The notes beneath the pieces are model-generated. The model saw nothing but the letters and a program-made list of their open reading frames with translations. It was not told the origin of the DNA and did not search any database. From NCBI RefSeq assembly GCF_006345805.1, contig NC_043006.1:83204001-83268000 (forward strand): a stretch of 64,000 nt of DNA. Direction: 5' to 3'. This document shows, piece after piece, positions 39,668 to 53,302 of the stretch; within the stretch, counting starts at the first letter, position 1, and every line of letters begins with the position of its first letter. This stretch comes from Octopus sinensis. Lineage: Eukaryota. A program made the translations under genes and the position numbers.

Positions 39668-40299
39668 ATATATATTTGTATATGTATATATATATATATA
39701 CGTATATATATATATATATATATATATACATACATATATATATATATATATATACATATATACATATATACATATATAATGTATTATGTATGTATATCTG
39801 TATACACACGCAGAGACGCGAGCACGCATACGCACACACATATATATGTGTGAATGTGACTAGGACGCATATACAAATAACTAAGTCACATGATTTTATT
39901 TATATATATAGACATGAATATATTATACCTATGTTTGTTTGTACGTAAGTATATATATATATGTATATATGTTTATATGTACATATACGTGTATGCATGC
40001 ATACATGAATGTACGAATATGGAGGAGCGTTATTTAACTTTTGGGAGTGCGGGTAAGGGGAGACCTACCGTAGTATTTATTTTATTTAAACGGACCCATC
40101 ATCACAATTCAGATCCCCACTATCAACAAGGGGTGATGGGATATGGGGGGAGGATAGCCAGTTTTTAGATAATATCAGGAAAAATAATCTTCTTTGATGC
40201 GATTAATAGAGGCATTTCGTTGTGAAACTGTAAACTGAAGTAATGAGATGGGAGGTACGATAGGGGTGGCTGTAGTTGAATAAAGAATAAAGAATGATG

Positions 40300-40565
40300 A
40301 GACTGAACAAGATAGAGAGAGAGGGAGGAACGAAGGAACGAATTAACAGCAAGGAAGAAACAAGAGAAGTCAGAAATGAAAATGAAAATGAAAATAGGAA
40401 AGAAGAATGGTAAAAGAAAAGGGAAATGTAGAAAGAACAAAAGAAAAGAGTGAAAGAAAAGAATGAAGTAAGAAAGAAAAGAATATAATGTAAAGATTAC
40501 AGTAGAATGAAAGAAATAATGAAGACAGAATGAAAGAATGAAGTGAAAGAATGAAAGAAAGAAGC
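40300..40565. repeat. Purine-rich GAAA/GAAT low-complexity tract
   Basis: Read directly. Confidence 0.85.
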
Positions 40566-42117
40566 CATATATTTTATGTACTCCTTGAAAAATAAGCTTT
40601 CCATAGAGCCGCTATATAATTGCTTGATCTGCTAGAAGTAGCAGCGAAATATCTGTCACATCACAATCTCTGTTCTGGTGCACCAAGGATGAGGGAGCCG
40701 AACAGCTTCTGTATCCCGTCACGACTACAGAGGGACCTCAAGCAATTAGTGGTACATGTCATCAAATTACCATGTTAGCGAGTAACGGCTGACTGGACTG
40801 AATTTGAAAGAGAAAGACATATATTAGATAATGTAGTCCTAGATATATTATGGTGGAGTTGCAATGGCCCAGTGGTTAGGGAAGCGGACTCGCGGCTGGA
40901 GGATCGCGGTTTCGATTTCCAGACCGGGCGTTGTGTGTATTTATTGAGCGAAAACACCTAAAAGTTCCACGAGGCTCCGGCAGGGGGGGGGCGACCCCTG
41001 TTGTATTATTTCGCCACAACTTTCTCTCACTCTCTCTTCTTGTTTCTTGAGTAACGCTGAGATGGACTGGCGTCCCGTCCAGCTGATGGGGAACACATAC
41101 ATCACAGAAACCGGGAAACCGGGCCCATGAGCCTGGCTAGGCTTGAAAAGGACGACAGAAAAAATGATATATTATGTATGAAAAAAAGGATGGGGTGGTC
41201 ACAGATGAAACGCTTTGGATCTTCTGGAGTTAAACCATAACTTCGTGTCATGGATGACATTGTTTTGCAAAGAAGGTCATGATGGGTGTAACTTGGAAGT
41301 CTTTGATTATAAGCCAATCAGATCAAGGCTAACCTCGGGCTAAAAAAGAACATTAACAATTACAACAACTACTGCTACCATTACTACAAGATAAACACAA
41401 ACAGCCTGGATACGAAATATGAAGATATGGAATGGATGCCATCGATTCCTAAGTACTAAGTGCAATATGTCAATGAAACTGAAGTAAAACGTGACGAATG
41501 TTGCTGCAGATCGGTTTCCAGTTTATTTACACTGTTGTCTTTGTTTACACGGTTGTCTTGTCCTAATATGCATAAACCTGCAACTAGGCTGGAAACAACG
41601 AGCGTCTGTTTTTCTTGATAACAGAAGCTGGAAAGAAAGTGAGAGAGAGAGAAATAAACTTTTAAATAATATACACGCATACAAAGACAGCGAGCTGGCA
41701 GAATTATTACCGCGCCGGAAAAATTGCTTACTGGCATTTTTTCCGACTTTATGTTCTGAGTTCAAATACCACCGGCTTCGACTATCCCCTTCATCCTTTC
41801 GGAGTCAATAAAATGGGTAACAGTTCAGTACTGGAGTCTACGTAATCTGCTAATCTCTACCCCAAAATTGTTGGCCTTAGGCCAATATTGTTATATTTCG
41901 GGACGGTCATTTTCTTTTTGCCAAATAAACACACGCACTATATATTCGTTCTTCACTCGATTATTATCGTTCTTATTTTATCTTATGTCCATTGTCTGAA
42001 AATCATTAGTCACACATATGTGATATCTCTTCAGTAGCCCTTTCCATTCTCCTGCTCCGCTTGCCCCATTCTGTCCTTCCATATGTGTATGTGCGTGCGC
42101 GCGCACACACACACAAA

Positions 42118-42340
42118 TGTGGAGGAGCGTGGCTGAGTGGTTAGAGGTACTGCATTCATTGTCGTAAGACTGGTTTGAATTCCTGGATCGGACGGTTTGT
42201 TGTGCACTTGAGCAAAACACTTCATATCTTGTTGCTCCAGTACTCCCAGCTTGCAAAAATGAACAAACCTGCGACAGACCGGTGACTCGTCTAGGTGGAT
42301 GGGGTGAATATATACACCACAGAAGCCAAAAACACAGGAA
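42118..42340 (+). mobile_element. Degenerate tRNA-derived SINE
   Basis: A-box TGGCTGAGTGG, B-box-like GGTTTGAATTCC, CORE-like CTTGAGCAAAACACTT. Confidence 0.6.
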
Positions 42341-42374
42341 AGAAGACTGACCTTTTTCATTATTTTGATTTTTG

Positions 42375-42431
<57 letters not shown>

Positions 42432-42510
42432 TTCAGGGTGCGGTGAATATATTGTCGACTAAACATCGAAAAATACTTCAGGAAAATACCCAGGTTCGAA
42501 ATTTCCCTAA

Positions 42511-42556
42511 GACACCTGATGAAGGCTGGATAGTATATTAGCTGAAACGTTGTGTT
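42511..42556 (+). ncRNA. Minimal type I hammerhead, family H
   Basis: Stem I GACAC/GUGUU; CUGAUGA-A; stem II GGCUGG/UUAGCU; GAA; palindromic stem III ACGU; GUU triplet; ~55-nt tail follows. Confidence 0.75.
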
Positions 42557-44386
42557 AACAACAAAGATGAGGACAAATATCCGTCAAATGTAAATAATGT
42601 AAATAATGTACATACATACATACATATATACATATATACATACAAGCAAACACGTACACACACACACACAAACACATGCACCCCCCCACACACACACACG
42701 CACTTTACACAATAGTTAGCTCCTACACTACCAATTACATTGGCCAGTGTTTTTGCTGTAAGGGCGGCAAGTTCTTACACAAACCAAGTCACAACATCTG
42801 CTTCAAAAGCTTCGTTTGTAATGAAAATAGACGCTTTTTCAACATGTGCCACAGCCAGCGTCTGCCATTGATAATAAGACAGATAATTGTTATCAACAGC
42901 ACAGATTGTTTCAGCTAGTCCGACTGATATCGAAATTAAGTCAGTAGCTAAATCAAAGAGGTGAGGAAGGGGCTTCTAATGTGGTCACTCGATGCGCTAG
43001 AAATAACAGCCAAATTACCAATTATATTACATACACTCACTGGCAGTCTTTTAAGGTAATAGAGACTTTTAAGGTAAGGTAATTGTATGATATCGTCTCA
43101 GATACATTTTCTTTAATCTTGTCTTAGATATTGGCGGCGATCTGGCAGATTTGCAAAAATATAAATGCAGGAGTGGCTGTGTGGTAAGTAGCTTGCTTAC
43201 CAACCACATGATTCCGGCTTCAGTCCCACTGCGTGGCACCTTGGGCGAAATGCTTAGCGGTATTTCGTCTGTCTTTATATTATGAGTTCAAATTCCGCCG
43301 AGGACGACTTTGCCTTTCATCCTTTCGGGGTCGATAAATTAAGTACCAGTTGTGTACTGGAGTCGATCTAATCGTCTGGCCCCCTCCCCCAAAATTTCGG
43401 ACTTGTGCTTAGAGTAGAAAAGATTATTATTATTGTTATTATTGTTGTTGTTGTTGTTGTTGTTAAGATTGCTAATATTATTATTAGGGTGGCGAACCAA
43501 GTACATTGTACAAAATTCCTAGCAGTATTTCTTCCGACACGTTATGTGCTGAGTTCAAATTCAGCTGAGGTTAGCTTAACCTTTCATTTTCCAAGGTCCA
43601 TAAAATAAATAACTAGGTATCGACTATGCTTTCCCCTCAAAATTCCTAACCCTTGTACTAAATTTTAAAACCAAATACGATGAGATGGCAAAATCATTAA
43701 CAAGTCGGCAAAATGCTTACAGACGTTACTTGTATTTACGTTCAGAGTTCAAACTCCACCGAGGTTAATTTTGTCCTTTCATCCTTATTTTAAGTCTGGT
43801 CTTTATTTTGTAATTCTCTTTTGTCGAATCGCTACCTCATGTGAACATAAATGAATGAACACCGGTTGTCAAGCGGCATGGTGGGGACAAACATAAACAC
43901 ACACATACACACACATTTCTTTATATATATATATATATATATATGCACGGTTGGAATTTAACAAAAAAGAAAATCAAAACAAAAGACGAAGATGGGTGTG
44001 TAAACAATAAACAGATGTATTAGTTTAACGCTCGGGAAGTGAGAAAGTCTTTTACGTTTCAAGCCTACGCTCTTCAACAGAAAGGAACACAGAAATAATC
44101 AGAGAGAGAAAATAATGCACTGGTCGATCCAGAGCTATAGTAGAAGTCACGTGCTCAAGGTACCACTCAAACATCGGGGTTTCAGACTGAACCCTGAATC
44201 AAGTGGTTGCGAAACATACTTATAAACCACACTGCCATACTTTATAAAATGAAAGTTTTAATTGTCGTAAATTGTCGATTGATTAACTGATTGATTGATT
44301 AATTATCTAGTCACGTGTTTATATCGATTCTTGGATTTCATCTTTTGACAAAAGTCAAAACGATTATTCAATCAATATAACATAAT

Positions 44387-44766
44387 AGGCGCAGGAGTGG
44401 CTGTGTGGTAAGTAGCTTGCTAACCAACCACATGGTTCCGGGTTCAGTCCCACTGCGTGGCATCTTGGGCAAGTGTCTTCTGCTATAGCTCCGGGCCGAC
44501 CAATGCCTTGTGAGTGGATTTGGTAGACGGAAACTGAAAGAAGCCTGTCGTATATATGTATATATATATATGTGTGTGTATATGTTTGTGTGTCTGTGTT
44601 TGTCCCCCTAGCATTGTGTTTACGTCCCCGTTACTTAGCGGTTCGGCAAAACAGACCGATAGAATAAGTACTGGGCTTACAAAGAATAAGTCCCGGGGTC
44701 GATTTGCTCGACTAAAGGCGGTGCTCCAGCATGGCCGCAGTCAAATGACTGAAACAAGTAAAAGAG
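44387..44766 (+). mobile_element. Composite family C SINE (tRNA head, CORE-like block, internal microsatellite, Meta-like block, tail). Other copies: 57101-57484 +, 52748-53185 -, 55262-55625 -; halves at 13220-13390, 37985-38120, 43178-43245, 61555-61700
   Basis: A-box TGGCTGTGTGG, B-box GGTTCAGTCCC, CTTGGGCAAGTGTCTT, (TA/TG)n, then GATAGAATAAGTACT...GGGGTCGAT...TGACTGAAACAAGTAAAAGAG. Confidence 0.85.
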
Positions 44767-47053
44767 TAATGGATTTATTCGTTTTATTCAATCAGTTCAG
44801 GCTTCCCAATCTTGCACCTATGAATCATTCACGCATTCTGACATATACAGAAGAAAAATTGTGTTTAATTGCAATGCTTAAAAATTACAACGCAATATTT
44901 GCCAAAGCATTTGAAAATTCTGAAAAACGTGTCAAGCTTCATCCTAGCACATAAAATCATCGAATCAATGACCTTTCGTCTAGTAGATGTATACTGCACA
45001 GCGTTTTGATGAAATAAAAAAAAGCATATCAAAATGAAGAAGCATAAGAATTCCATCAAATATTTTGCTGTATTTTCGGAACTGTTTTATCTACCTCATT
45101 ACGTATGTGTTCTGCACTGAAAAATTTCTCTTCGCGATGTCAAGCTAATCTGCTTGATAGATATTATAGTTCAAAGTAAGCATTCGCATGAAGAAGTAAA
45201 ACAAAATAATAACACTATGGGTGAAATATTAATAAAAACAAGAAAAGAAATGGCGCCGTCTAACATGGGTTTTTGTTAATTTTACGTGAATAACTGCAAT
45301 CTATAAAAATTATATTTTTATTTGTATCAGTTTCGTGTACGAATTATCTTTAAAGAACAATTGTGTCTTCTGTGTTACTTCTTGTAAATTTTGACTGAGT
45401 AGGTGTAACTATCTGTTTTTAAATCAAAAATTTCGTTTTGTAATATATTTTGCTTTGTAGCATATTTTTTTTACTACTTTTATCACCATTAAAAATAAAC
45501 ACGGAAATAATGATAATGGAACTATAAGATAAATTGTTTACAAAATAACAATGTAAGTGCTAATTGGCGTGAATGATTGATTAATTAATTAAATATTTAG
45601 TCCTGAATTTATACGATTCATGTATTTCTTCTCAAGATAAAATTCCATAGACAAAACAGATTTCAATATGTGAGATTGGCATTTGTCTAAAGATTGGTAT
45701 TTGTCTAATTATCATCGTCTGCGAATGTGTTGTAGCGATCAAAAGTCATCAACACATTGCGTTAGTAAGTTTTGGGGGTTAATATTCTACGAGTCAAGGA
45801 CGGTGGCAGGATCGTTAACACGACGGACAAAATACTTGGCAGTATTTTCGTCCGTCATTACATTCTGAGTTCGAATTCTGCGGAGGTCGACTTTGCCTTT
45901 CATCCTTTCGAGGTCGATAAAATAAGTAAGATTTCAACACTGGGGTCGGTATAATCGACTTATCCCCTCTACCGAAATTAATGACTTTGTGCCAAAATGT
46001 GAAACCAATATTCTGCGAGGCACCACTCTGTAACATAGCACATTGTCAGTTGAATGAAATGAAATGCCTTGTCCAAAATTACGAGTGCTTGTCAGACCAG
46101 AAATCGAACTTACCACCTTACAAACGTGAGTCCAACAACCTAACCTCTGGGTCATGTGCTTTGATTAAAGGGTATTACTAATTGTTCGCGAAACAGGCAC
46201 ATTCTTTAACGTTTGGGGAGAGGGAGAAATAGTTGAGTACATCGACCCCGATATTTGACTAGTAACTTTATTTTATCGTATGTGGTGTTCCCCCAGCTGG
46301 ACGGGACTCTAGTCCATCGCAGCGTTACTCAAGAAACATGAAGAAAGAGTGAGAGAAAGTTGGGGTGAAAGAGTACAGCAGGGATCGCCACCACCCCTTG
46401 CTGGAGCATCGTGGAGCTTTTAGGTGTTTTCGCTCAATAAACACACACAACACCCAGTCTGGGAATCGAAACCGCGATCCTCCGACCGCAAGTCCGCTGC
46501 CCTAACCACTGGGCCACTGCGCCTCCACGATGCAACAAATATTTTATCCGACGTCGAACGATTTCACCAATCTGTTGCCCTTTGAAGTGGTTTGACTTAG
46601 GGTGAAGAAACTATGTGAAGTAACACCGCTCTGCTCTGATTCTATCTCCACACTGCTCCGCTTATTGTCTGATTAAACAATAGTATAGATTGTTTACTGC
46701 TGCACTAAATCATAAAATTCGTATGAAAGTGATACATTCAATTGAATTAACCCGCAATACAGAACTGTTACTTATTGGGGATCGAGACAGCAAGAGCCGA
46801 TAACTCGACAAGCATTTCTTAAACAACTGTCCATATTACGCTTAACCAATAATTGTGTTAACCAGAAATATCCATTATTAGAAGAATAATGATATTAATC
46901 AAATTAGCAGCGAGGAAGTCAATTATGTTTCCTTCTGTATAAACAAAGACAAGCTTGCTAGCAGTTATCATAATCGATGTGCAACTGTCTCAGCCATATC
47001 CTTCGATTTCTTTGTGTTACGGGTTGTAAGAGGACAGAATATGTTTATAACAT

Positions 47054-47093
<40 letters not shown>

Positions 47094-47589
47094 TGCCATT
47101 AGATAAATTATGCGAATTATTGTATTACAAATATTGCTACTACTACTGCTACTGCTGCTGCTGTTGGTGGTGGTAGTGATGTTGTTGTTGTATGTGGCGG
47201 TGATGGTGGTGATGGTGGTGGAGGTAGTAGTGTTGTTGTTGGTGGTGGGGAGTGATATATCGGCGGTGTTCAAAGGCAGTGAAACGACGTAATCGTTGGG
47301 CATATTTGCGTATTTAGACTTATCCCTTCACATATCAGCGCCAAAATTGACTTTTAGCCTTCTGGAAGTCTTTGTTAAAAATGTAGACCCAGTAAAAAAC
47401 TGACCGCTATACTCGCCTATACATTTTCCTGCCTACCCGTCACCACCACCAATAAAGAACGCGTATGATTTTGTGTTTATGTTAACAATCATATTAGGCG
47501 CATTCGTGAATTCAGAAACTTATGAGGTCTGGATCGACCCTTTTGTGGGCCCTAAGGTACTTTACTAGTGAGGTTAGCATCCATCTGGT

Positions 47590-47890
47590 TAGGTTCATAT
47601 ATAAGTATTAAGTAACCCTCTCTATGATTAGGTAACCATTTCATTGTGGGTGCCTATACAAGTAGATTTGGATAAACATCTGGTTGGTGGTGTTTGAACA
47701 GAAGAATTAGGCAATCTTCTGCTCTGGGTACCTATACAAATGGAGATATGCAGCCAGTTGGCTGTGGGAGTCTATATCAGTGGGGTTATGTAGACATCTT
47801 ACTGAGGGTGCCTTCTATGCTGAATCAAGTAACCATCTCGCTTATGTACCTACACAAACGGAGTTAGGTAACTATCTTGCTTGTTAGCAC
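47590..47890 (+). repeat. Degenerate 39-40-bp tandem array, about 7 units
   Basis: Units approximate TAACCATCTNGCTGTGGGTRCCTATACAARTGGAGTTAGG. Confidence 0.7.
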
Positions 47891-50174
47891 CGGTACAGGT
47901 TGAGTTTAACACACGGGTCGACACCAGCCATTTCCACAAAAGCCGTGGCCAGTATCAAAGCTTGGATCCAATAACAAGTCTAACTGAAACTACTAATCAA
48001 ACTGTACTGGGACGAGGCATAGGAACAACTTCTTATAGAGTGCTTCTGGTGCACAAAAAGAGATTGAATTCAGTACCACAGACTAACGATACCAGCTGTA
48101 ATTCTGCACTGTTCTCATACCTTATAGCAGTGAGTAGTAACACATGCGAACGATGGCAGTTTAGTTACATTGGCACTGAAGAAAGCGTTCCAACGGTATA
48201 GCAATACGAACTGTCGACTTTTCATCCAATAGTCCAGCATCCCATCAAGTCGGGGAACTACGACTCCACCCTTATAATATCAGTAAAAGTAACATGGCTG
48301 CCACACAAAATACTTGCGGCGCATGGTGAATGAACTACATATATTATGTTAAATATAGAAATGGCAATTTTAAAGTTTGGCAAAATTTCAAACGTCTTTC
48401 TTATGATATAAGAATGAGGAAGTATCTTAGGTGAGTCAAGATACTTAATTTAAACACCAGAAGAAAGTTTATTATTCTTACCAGCATGTACACATGTACA
48501 CGTTAAGTGTTGGAATAATCATGTATATAAAAGTATGTTTTTTTTGCTAGGCTTTTTCGCATAGTTATTTCGTGTTTTTTTTTCTATTTTGTTTTGTTAA
48601 CTTTTCTAAATTGCAAACGAAAAAAATATAATCATCCTAGTTAAATCTAAAATTAAAACAAAACATGAGTCTCATAACTAATTGCACAGTAGAAATACAC
48701 CTTGAAGGCTTCCTCCCTCAAACAACTTGGACTGGCAGCACTCATGACCGTTTTAAGTTATCTTCAAAAGGAGATTACAAATTGTTATACAAATTATAAG
48801 TAATGCAATTACATTATTGTACGTTAAAGAAATTCATTAATAGGACAATATAAATGGCAATTTATGTCTGTTTGCTACCATCTTGCTGCCTATACCAGAG
48901 AAACAAATCCTCTCCAAACTTTGCATACATGTTGAACTAACATTCAGTTCAATTATAGGCGAATTGAATTTCAATAAAATTCGATAATGGCCTCCTATGG
49001 GGGTTGGCCTATTGTATAGTAAGGAAGGGGAGAAGATAGCAATAGACAGAGACACAGGGAACTACAACAATACACTATAGATAGTCTTTCATTTTCTTCC
49101 GTATATGAATAGCCCGTTGAAGGAAACCTAATGGCATAATGAGGGTGGCTAGTATCAAGAAAGGGGAGGACACAGGAAGAGACAGAAAGACGGGAAATGT
49201 GAGAGACAGACAGAGATAACGAGAGACAGGGACAGAGCGGGAGAGAGAGAGAATGAGTTTTACCTATCACTTAACGCATACGCTTTAGTGAATTAACTAT
49301 CGTATGCTCAGTCAAAACATTTACAATATGTCCAGCAACAAACGTTTTTATATTTGTTTTCAAATCACCATATTAAGATCTATTAAAACTTTACCAACAT
49401 ACTAAAGTTATAACACTTTCTATAATGTCTTTCATTTTGTTCCATACATGAATAGCCCGTCGTTGTCCGGCAATTTTTACAATAGAATGTCTTATACAAA
49501 TTTTGGTTTATTCCCTGTCAGACTATGCCTTCCTCGTCAGATAGGCCTTTTGATCAGGACATATTTTGGCAATTTTTCACAAAAAAATTTCCTTAACGAT
49601 CTTTTTCCTTTTTTAATTATTTACATGTTTGTTCGACCGTTTCCTATGACTTTGTTCATTAAAACTTATTAAAACTCCAGAGGTTCTTACAACTTTGGTC
49701 GTCGTAATGCTTTGCTTCCCTGTGTTTAATAATAATTCCTCATCGGAATGATTTTGCTTTGATTTTGCGATAGACAGCTATCATGCAGAAAATACCAGCT
49801 TCCAAATCCTGTTTTCTGATTAGGTAAAATTTATTAAACTTTAAACCCCAGCATCAGGGAAGGGAAGGGAAGGAGACAGGAAAAGACAGAGTGACAGGGA
49901 ATGTGAGAGACAGACAGAGACAACGAGAGACAGGGACAGAGTAAGAGCGAATTTTAATACTTTGTTCTATAATTTTTATATAAGTGTGTATATGTATACG
50001 CATGTGTATGAATATGGGTGAACATACACACATATACATGCATACATATCCCCGCGTACATACATGTGTGTGTGTGCTCGCGTGCGTGTGTTGATAGATA
50101 GATAGAGAGACAGACAGACAGACAGACAAACAGGCAGGCAGACACACAGACAGAGAGACATATAGATAGGTAGG

Positions 50175-50255
<81 letters not shown>

Positions 50256-50809
50256 TCACACACACGCACTTTAAACTCATTCCTATACTCCCTTTGTGTC
50301 CAGGCCATATATCATGTTCTCATATAACATTGGAAGTCCCTTATTTATTGATATTTATTTCTTTACGTATTTGTTTATTTCCTTATTTCAGCCCTTTAGC
50401 AAATAATATCTGAATATAACATTCTTTGAGATTAGCTTCATCCGAAACTCATCCACGCAGTATCGGATGTTGATTAGGAAGAAAATTAACGGTCACTTGT
50501 CACATTAATTCTTGTGGTCCTTCCAGATCTTCGTTCCTGAAGTTTACAAGGCGTCATGCAGGGTATCAGGCAATTTAAACCAGATTCTGTGAAAAAAAAC
50601 ATCATATCATATAACCAGCCCTCACCATTCCGCACAATCATGCTCACATCTATATATTCAAACGCAGCCACACTCTGAAAACACAGATACACAAACACAC
50701 TCACTCACACACACACACACACACGCATCTATGTATCACTACAACATACTCCCGCATTATCACATAACACACAGAGCATATTCATACACACACATGCACA
50801 CACAAATAC

Positions 50810-50899
<90 letters not shown>

Positions 50900-51129
50900 C
50901 ATATATACATATATACATTCGATAATATAGACAAATATACGGATGAAACAGCTGTATATGCAACGACAATTATATATATACGTATATACATATATCAGAA
51001 GTATTATCAATTTGGAACAAAAAAACTGCGGTTTTTAATTATGAATTTTAAGCCAATTATTTCTCGACTCAGAATAAATTCTATTTGATAAAACATTAGC
51101 CATTAAAATTTTACACTTTTTTCCAATCA

Positions 51130-51470
51130 CAAAGAAGTCTGTTCTGTGAGCATGGAATTTGATAGTCTGGAAGTATTGAAGTTTTCGAGGATCTTTTCAG
51201 CTATTGCTTCGTTGTTGAAGTCATTCATTAGCGGAAAGTTACCGAAATGCTTAGCAGTGGTTGTCTGTAGAATAAAGTTCTAAGGAGCAAGCTGAGTGGT
51301 GTAGAATTTCGCAACCTAGTCCATTTAATCTTCAGTCATCTTTGAGACATGTGATTGAGGTGAGGAGGTACCATTGAGCAGACTGGGTTCTTTTCGATTG
51401 ACCATTGATAGACGTAAGCAGTTCGGAGTGCATTTAGCTGGTTTCTGTTGTGAACGCTTCTCCAGGATTC
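51130..51470 (-). pseudogene. Highly decayed mariner transposase C-terminal fragment
   Basis: Broken frames give PQSHVSKMTED, GCEILHHSACSLELYSTDNH and KHFGNF..MNDFNNEA, resembling mariner ARPH...WEVLPHPPYSPDLAP.DYHLF. Confidence 0.5.
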
Positions 51471-53302
51471 AAAAAAATAACAGTAGATGACGCTATGTAA
51501 TGAAAAGTAACACTAACCAGAGCATTTATTTAAAGCCGTTTCGATGCTTTACTTCGTTAATCCCATTGCGTGTAACACTGCCGATAAGACATATAGGCTC
51601 CATTTTATCATCACACGTCACAATTCGATCGAGAAACGGATCGATTTTGTTGCGCAAAAGAAGCGCTGAATATTACTTCGTAATGAGGATTCTTCTTCGT
51701 TCTTCATCGTTCATATTTTCGTTCATCTCATGCGGCACCCATTTCTCAAGAAATCACAAAATACAAAAATGATCTTTTCAAAAAAGACATATATTCTTTC
51801 AAAACCGATAATTCAATGTATCTTCTATGAACTCACCTGTAGATCGAAACCGACCCGACTCCCCTTCATCTATAATCTGGCCACTTACCTGTTAAATTAG
51901 TTCACTCCTTCGCAACTTCCAGTTTCTACTTTCTCGCCTAGTAACCATCTTGAGCCTTCCTGTACCACTTCGTCTCGTCTTCAAACAAAAAGCAACAATC
52001 TCCACAACCTATGAATAAAAAAAATACCGGGGCTGATTAAAAAAACTCTGTAATAAGTCTAACTTTCCACCTGATTTGAAATGAACTTATTTCACAAATA
52101 CTTATCAAAACAAAAAAAAAATTCTGTTTTCGTTTTTCTCCAAGAGCCAAGTAATTTATCAAAGTTTCAAGTGTTCTTATCTATTATTTATTGACACTTT
52201 CAAGTTTCAAGCGTTTTTATCCATCTTCTTATACTTTTACCTATCTTTTCAAAACAAAAATTGGGAATTTTTATTTTTTAAATATTTTCATATATTTTAT
52301 TTATTTTGAATCTACTATTCTCAACGCTTATATAACGAAATTAATTCTCTGAAATATTTGCACTGGTGTAGAAACGAAAGTTTCATGGCTGCTGTTTGCA
52401 GATATAGAGGAAATAAATGCTAATATAAAATGAAATTAAAGAGTTAAAATTGGATGTAAACATTTGCAATTATTTTACAAAAGAGGATGACACAAAAAAC
52501 GATTTTCCAGTAAATTTCCTCTTCTCTTCTTGACAAAGGATATAAAGAACAAGCAAAGCCAACAAGTGAAAACTTTTAACTAAAAACGAAATTGGGTCTC
52601 TCGTGACAAACGCCATGATTATGATTTCTGAGAAAATAGTGAAGAGAACACTGTAGGTGAGCAAACATAAAAGCTAACTTGGTTATATAACACGAGCTGA
52701 AAGTTTTTTGGTCCAATATTTCCACATTATATATTTTATCATCTACCATTTACTTATTTCAGTTATTTGACTGCGGTCATTCTAGGGCAACACCTTGAAG
52801 GATTTAAATGGAATAAATCGTCTTCAGAACTTACGTTTTTGTTTTATTTTGTTATGTTATGTTTTCTGTTAAGTCTGGTCTGTATTCTATCGATGTCTTT
52901 TGACGAACCGTTAATTGTGCAGACGTAAACAAACCAACATGGTTCTTAAGCAGTGGGGTGGAAAACACAAACACGAAGACACATACACATAGATGCACTC
53001 AGAGACACATATATTCATGTATACGATAGGCTTCCACACAGTTTCCACCTACCAAATCCCCTCAAAAGGTACTGGTCGGTCTGGAGCAAAAACAGAAGAC
53101 ACCCAAGATATCACAAACTTGAAATGAATCCAAAAGTAAGTGGTTACAAAATGAGTTTCTCAATCAAAAGGCCATAACTGCACCATACATGTGTGTGTGT
53201 GTGTTTGTGTGTGTGTGCGTGCGTGCGTGCATGCGCGTGTGTGTGTGTGTGTGTGTGTGTCTGTATACATACATACGTACGTTCGTACGTACGTACATAC
53301 CA

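Noticed and set aside
41400-41627. Strong minus-strand splice acceptor (TCTCTCACTTTCTTTCCAG) suggesting a host exon
   Set aside because: No convincing donor and no recognisable peptide; the pyrimidine tract is partly a (CT)n repeat. RNA-seq would decide.
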